This document shows positions 61,685 through 64,000 of a stretch of DNA of 64,000 nt, piece after piece. The stretch is taken from NCBI GenBank assembly GCA_902509965.1, contig CABWZP010000003.1, positions 5,819-69,818 of the forward strand, in the 5' to 3' direction. Below the pieces are notes generated by a model. It was given only the letters and a program-made list of their open reading frames with translations. It was not told where the DNA came from and did not search any database. Both the position numbers and the translations under genes were made by a program. Each line of letters opens with the position of its first letter. Position 1 is the first letter of the stretch. Source of the stretch: an uncultured SAR86 cluster bacterium (lineage in GTDB: Bacteria > Pseudomonadota > Gammaproteobacteria > Magnimaribacterales > D2472).

Positions 61685-63904
61685 TTACTCAATAATTTGC
61701 TTTTGAAACAGCAATGTATGAATTTCTTCTGTAATAAATGGAGCAAAAGGATGCATCATGACTAGAATCTTTTGAAGCATTGGCCTTAGGTTTTCGGTAT
61801 TGCCTGTTTTTTTACACTCTTCAATATAAACATCACAGAATTTACTCCAAAAGAATTCATATACTTCATTTACAGCAAAATCTAATCGATATTCTTCGAT
61901 ATTCTTTTTAATCAGTTGAGAAGATTTATTGAATTCTTCTTTAATCCAATTATCAATATCATTAGAGGATTCAAATATTTTATTTCCATCTGGATAACCA
62001 TTAATGAATCTGGCAGCATTCCAAATTTTTGTACAAAAATTTCTATATCCTTTAAGTCTACCTAATTCAAAACTAATATCTTTAGTGTGAGTTGCTAAAG
62101 AGTAGAAGGTCATCCTCAAAGCATCAGTTCCGTATGACTCAATTCCATTTGGAAATTGATTTCTAGTTTTTCTTTCAATTTTCTCTGCTTTGCCTTCTTG
62201 CATAAGATTAGAGGTTCTTTTTTTCACTAGATCATCTAAAGAAATGCCATAAACTAAATCAAGAGGATCAATAACATTACCTTTAGATTTTGACATTTTT
62301 TGACCATTTTCATCTCTTATTAGCCCTGTAACATATACATCTTTAAATGGGATTTGATTTGTAAATTCAAGACTCATCATCATCATTCTTGCAACCCAAA
62401 AGAAGATAATATCAAAACCAGTTACAAGCAGTGATGTTGGAAAATGTTTTTTAAAATCATTAGTATCATTTGGCCATCCCATAGATGCAAAAGGCCATAA
62501 ACTTGAAGAAAACCAAGTATCTAGGACATCATCATCTTGAGATAGCTCTCTATCATCTAATTCATAATGGTCTCTTGTTTCTACTTCATCATAACCAACA
62601 TAAACATTTCCTTCAGTATCATACCAAGCTGGTATTCTATGACCCCACCAAATTTGTCTACTTATACACCAATCTTCAATATTGTTCATCCAATTAAAAT
62701 ATGTCTTAATCCAGTTTTCAGGATGAAATTTAATCTCACCCTTATTGACTGCATCATTTGCTTTTGCAGCCATTTCAGCTGTTTTAACATACCATTGATA
62801 ACTCAGTTTTGGCTCTATAACAATATTTGATCTTTCTCCTCTAGGAACGCTAATATGATGTTTTTCTTCTTTTACTAATAACTCTAGTTCAATTAATTTT
62901 TCAATAACAAGTTTACGAACTTTAAAACGATCTAGCCCATTAAATGGTTCAGGCACATTACTATTTGACCAAGCGTCGTCATTAAAAATATTAATTGGTT
63001 TGAAATCACTTGGTTCATCTGAAGTTTTTACTTCACCGTCTATTTCATGCAAAGCATATTTCTTACCAATTTCGTAGTCATTAAAATCATGACCGGGTGT
63101 TATTTTTAAGCAACCAGTACCAAATTCTTTATCTACATATTCATCACCAATGATAGGTAGTTTTCTTCCTACAAATGGCAGTTCAACTCTCTTTCCAATT
63201 AGTGATTTATATCTTTTATCTTTAGGATTTACGGCAATTGCCATATCGCCAAACATAGTCTCGGGTCTTGTTGTTGCAACAGTAATAAAATCATTAGAGT
63301 TTTCTATTGGATATTGTATATGCCAAAGTAAGCCATCTTTTTCTTGCCTTACAACTTCAAGGTCTGATACAGCGGTCTTCAAAGCAGGATCCCAATTAAC
63401 CAGCCTATAACCTCTATAAATCTTGTTTTTTCTATGCAGTTCAACAAAAGCCTTAATTACGGCTTCATTAAAACCCTCATCTAATGTAAACCGATATTTA
63501 TCCCAGTCAACTGTTGAACCAAGTCTCTTTATTTGAGATGTAATTTTTTCTTCTGAATAATTTTTCCACGACCAAACCTCTTCTAAGAATTTTTCTCTTC
63601 CTAGATCATTTCTAGTGATTTCTTTCTTTGCTAAATTATTTTCAACAACCATTTGAGTTGCAATTCCAGCATGATCACTTCCCACTTGCCAATGAGCATC
63701 TTTACCAGACATATGATTATATCTAGTATAAAAGTCCATAATAGCGTATTGAAAACTATGACCCATATGCAGGGTGCCTGTAACATTTGGAGGCGGGATG
63801 ACCTGTGAGAAAGATTCTTGAGAATCTTCATTCTTAACCTTTCTCTCAGACCAAATCTTTACCCATTTTTCTTCAATCTCAGTAGGGTAATATGTCTTAT
63901 CCAT
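61685..63904 (-). CDS. valS: valine--tRNA ligase, C-terminally shortened (739 aa)
   Basis: PPPNVTGTLHMGH, TTRPET, GTGCLKITPGHDFND, WCISRQIWWGHRIP, KMSKS. Confidence 0.96.
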   Translation of the reverse strand: MDKTYYPTEIEEKWVKIWSERKVKNEDSQESFSQVIPPPNVTGTLHMGHSFQYAIMDFYTRYNHMSGKDAHWQVGSDHAGIATQMVVENNLAKKEITRNDLGREKFLEEVWSWKNYSEEKITSQIKRLGSTVDWDKYRFTLDEGFNEAVIKAFVELHRKNKIYRGYRLVNWDPALKTAVSDLEVVRQEKDGLLWHIQYPIENSNDFITVATTRPETMFGDMAIAVNPKDKRYKSLIGKRVELPFVGRKLPIIGDEYVDKEFGTGCLKITPGHDFNDYEIGKKYALHEIDGEVKTSDEPSDFKPINIFNDDAWSNSNVPEPFNGLDRFKVRKLVIEKLIELELLVKEEKHHISVPRGERSNIVIEPKLSYQWYVKTAEMAAKANDAVNKGEIKFHPENWIKTYFNWMNNIEDWCISRQIWWGHRIPAWYDTEGNVYVGYDEVETRDHYELDDRELSQDDDVLDTWFSSSLWPFASMGWPNDTNDFKKHFPTSLLVTGFDIIFFWVARMMMMSLEFTNQIPFKDVYVTGLIRDENGQKMSKSKGNVIDPLDLVYGISLDDLVKKRTSNLMQEGKAEKIERKTRNQFPNGIESYGTDALRMTFYSLATHTKDISFELGRLKGYRNFCTKIWNAARFINGYPDGNKIFESSNDIDNWIKEEFNKSSQLIKKNIEEYRLDFAVNEVYEFFWSKFCDVYIEECKKTGNTENLRPMLQKILVMMHPFAPFITEEIHTLLFQKQIIE

Positions 63905-63925
63905 AGTTTCTAAAAGATATTTATA

Positions 63926-64000
63926 TTACTTCAATCTTTTACTTAATAGTAATTCACTCAAAAGAGGAACAGGTCTTCCGGTCCCAGCCTTAACAGGAGA
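63926..64000 (-). CDS. pepA: 3' end of leucyl aminopeptidase (partial; continues past the window)
   Basis: Manual translation SPVKAGTGRPVPLLSELLLSKRLK* matches the M17 PepA C-terminal (A/G)TGRPVxLL motif; pepA usually lies upstream of valS. Confidence 0.75.
   Translation of the reverse strand, partial: SPVKAGTGRPVPLLSELLLSKRLK

Noticed and set aside
2733-63831. Numerous antisense and alternate-frame ORFs in the track (e.g. 5383-5883, 8689-9168, 27566-28018, 32175-32645, 51417-51986)
   Set aside because: They lie almost wholly over conserved genes, show no recognisable motifs, and are the expected shadows of codon bias.

Overview
This is an AT-rich (roughly one-third GC by eye), very tightly packed chromosomal segment of a streamlined gammaproteobacterium. 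Gene order is Pseudomonadales/Oceanospirillales-like, and the composition suggests a marine SAR86-type lineage (inference). Contents in order: a fused S10-spc-alpha ribosomal cluster (rpsJ..rplQ, including rpmJ, which the ORF track missed); uvrA/ssb; a crotonase and an Old Yellow Enzyme; ispB-fabA-fabB; rplU-rpmA-obgE; rpsT; tmRNA and smpB; NSS transporter-ratA-rnfH; bamE/fur; grpE-dnaK-dnaJ-dapB; the rpsB..bamA..lpx..dnaE-accA-tilS cluster; leuA; a HolD-like gene and rimI; gpx/elaA; an FG-GAP lipoprotein; astA-astD-astB; a C-terminally shortened valS; and the 3' end of pepA. I saw no prophage, IS element, CRISPR array, rRNA or tRNA. The best leads are: (1) an ~88-aa segment resembling marine-phage structural proteins inserted in a surface FG-GAP lipoprotein; (2) a miniature mimic of the 23S rRNA L4/L24 site between rpsJ and rplC; (3) overlapping divergent leaderless promoters; (4) a HolD-like gene with holC missing from its usual pepA-valS slot; (5) a ValRS lacking its C-terminal arm; (6) a DxDxDG/disulfide insert in BamA loop 6. 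All family assignments come from motif recognition, not database searches.
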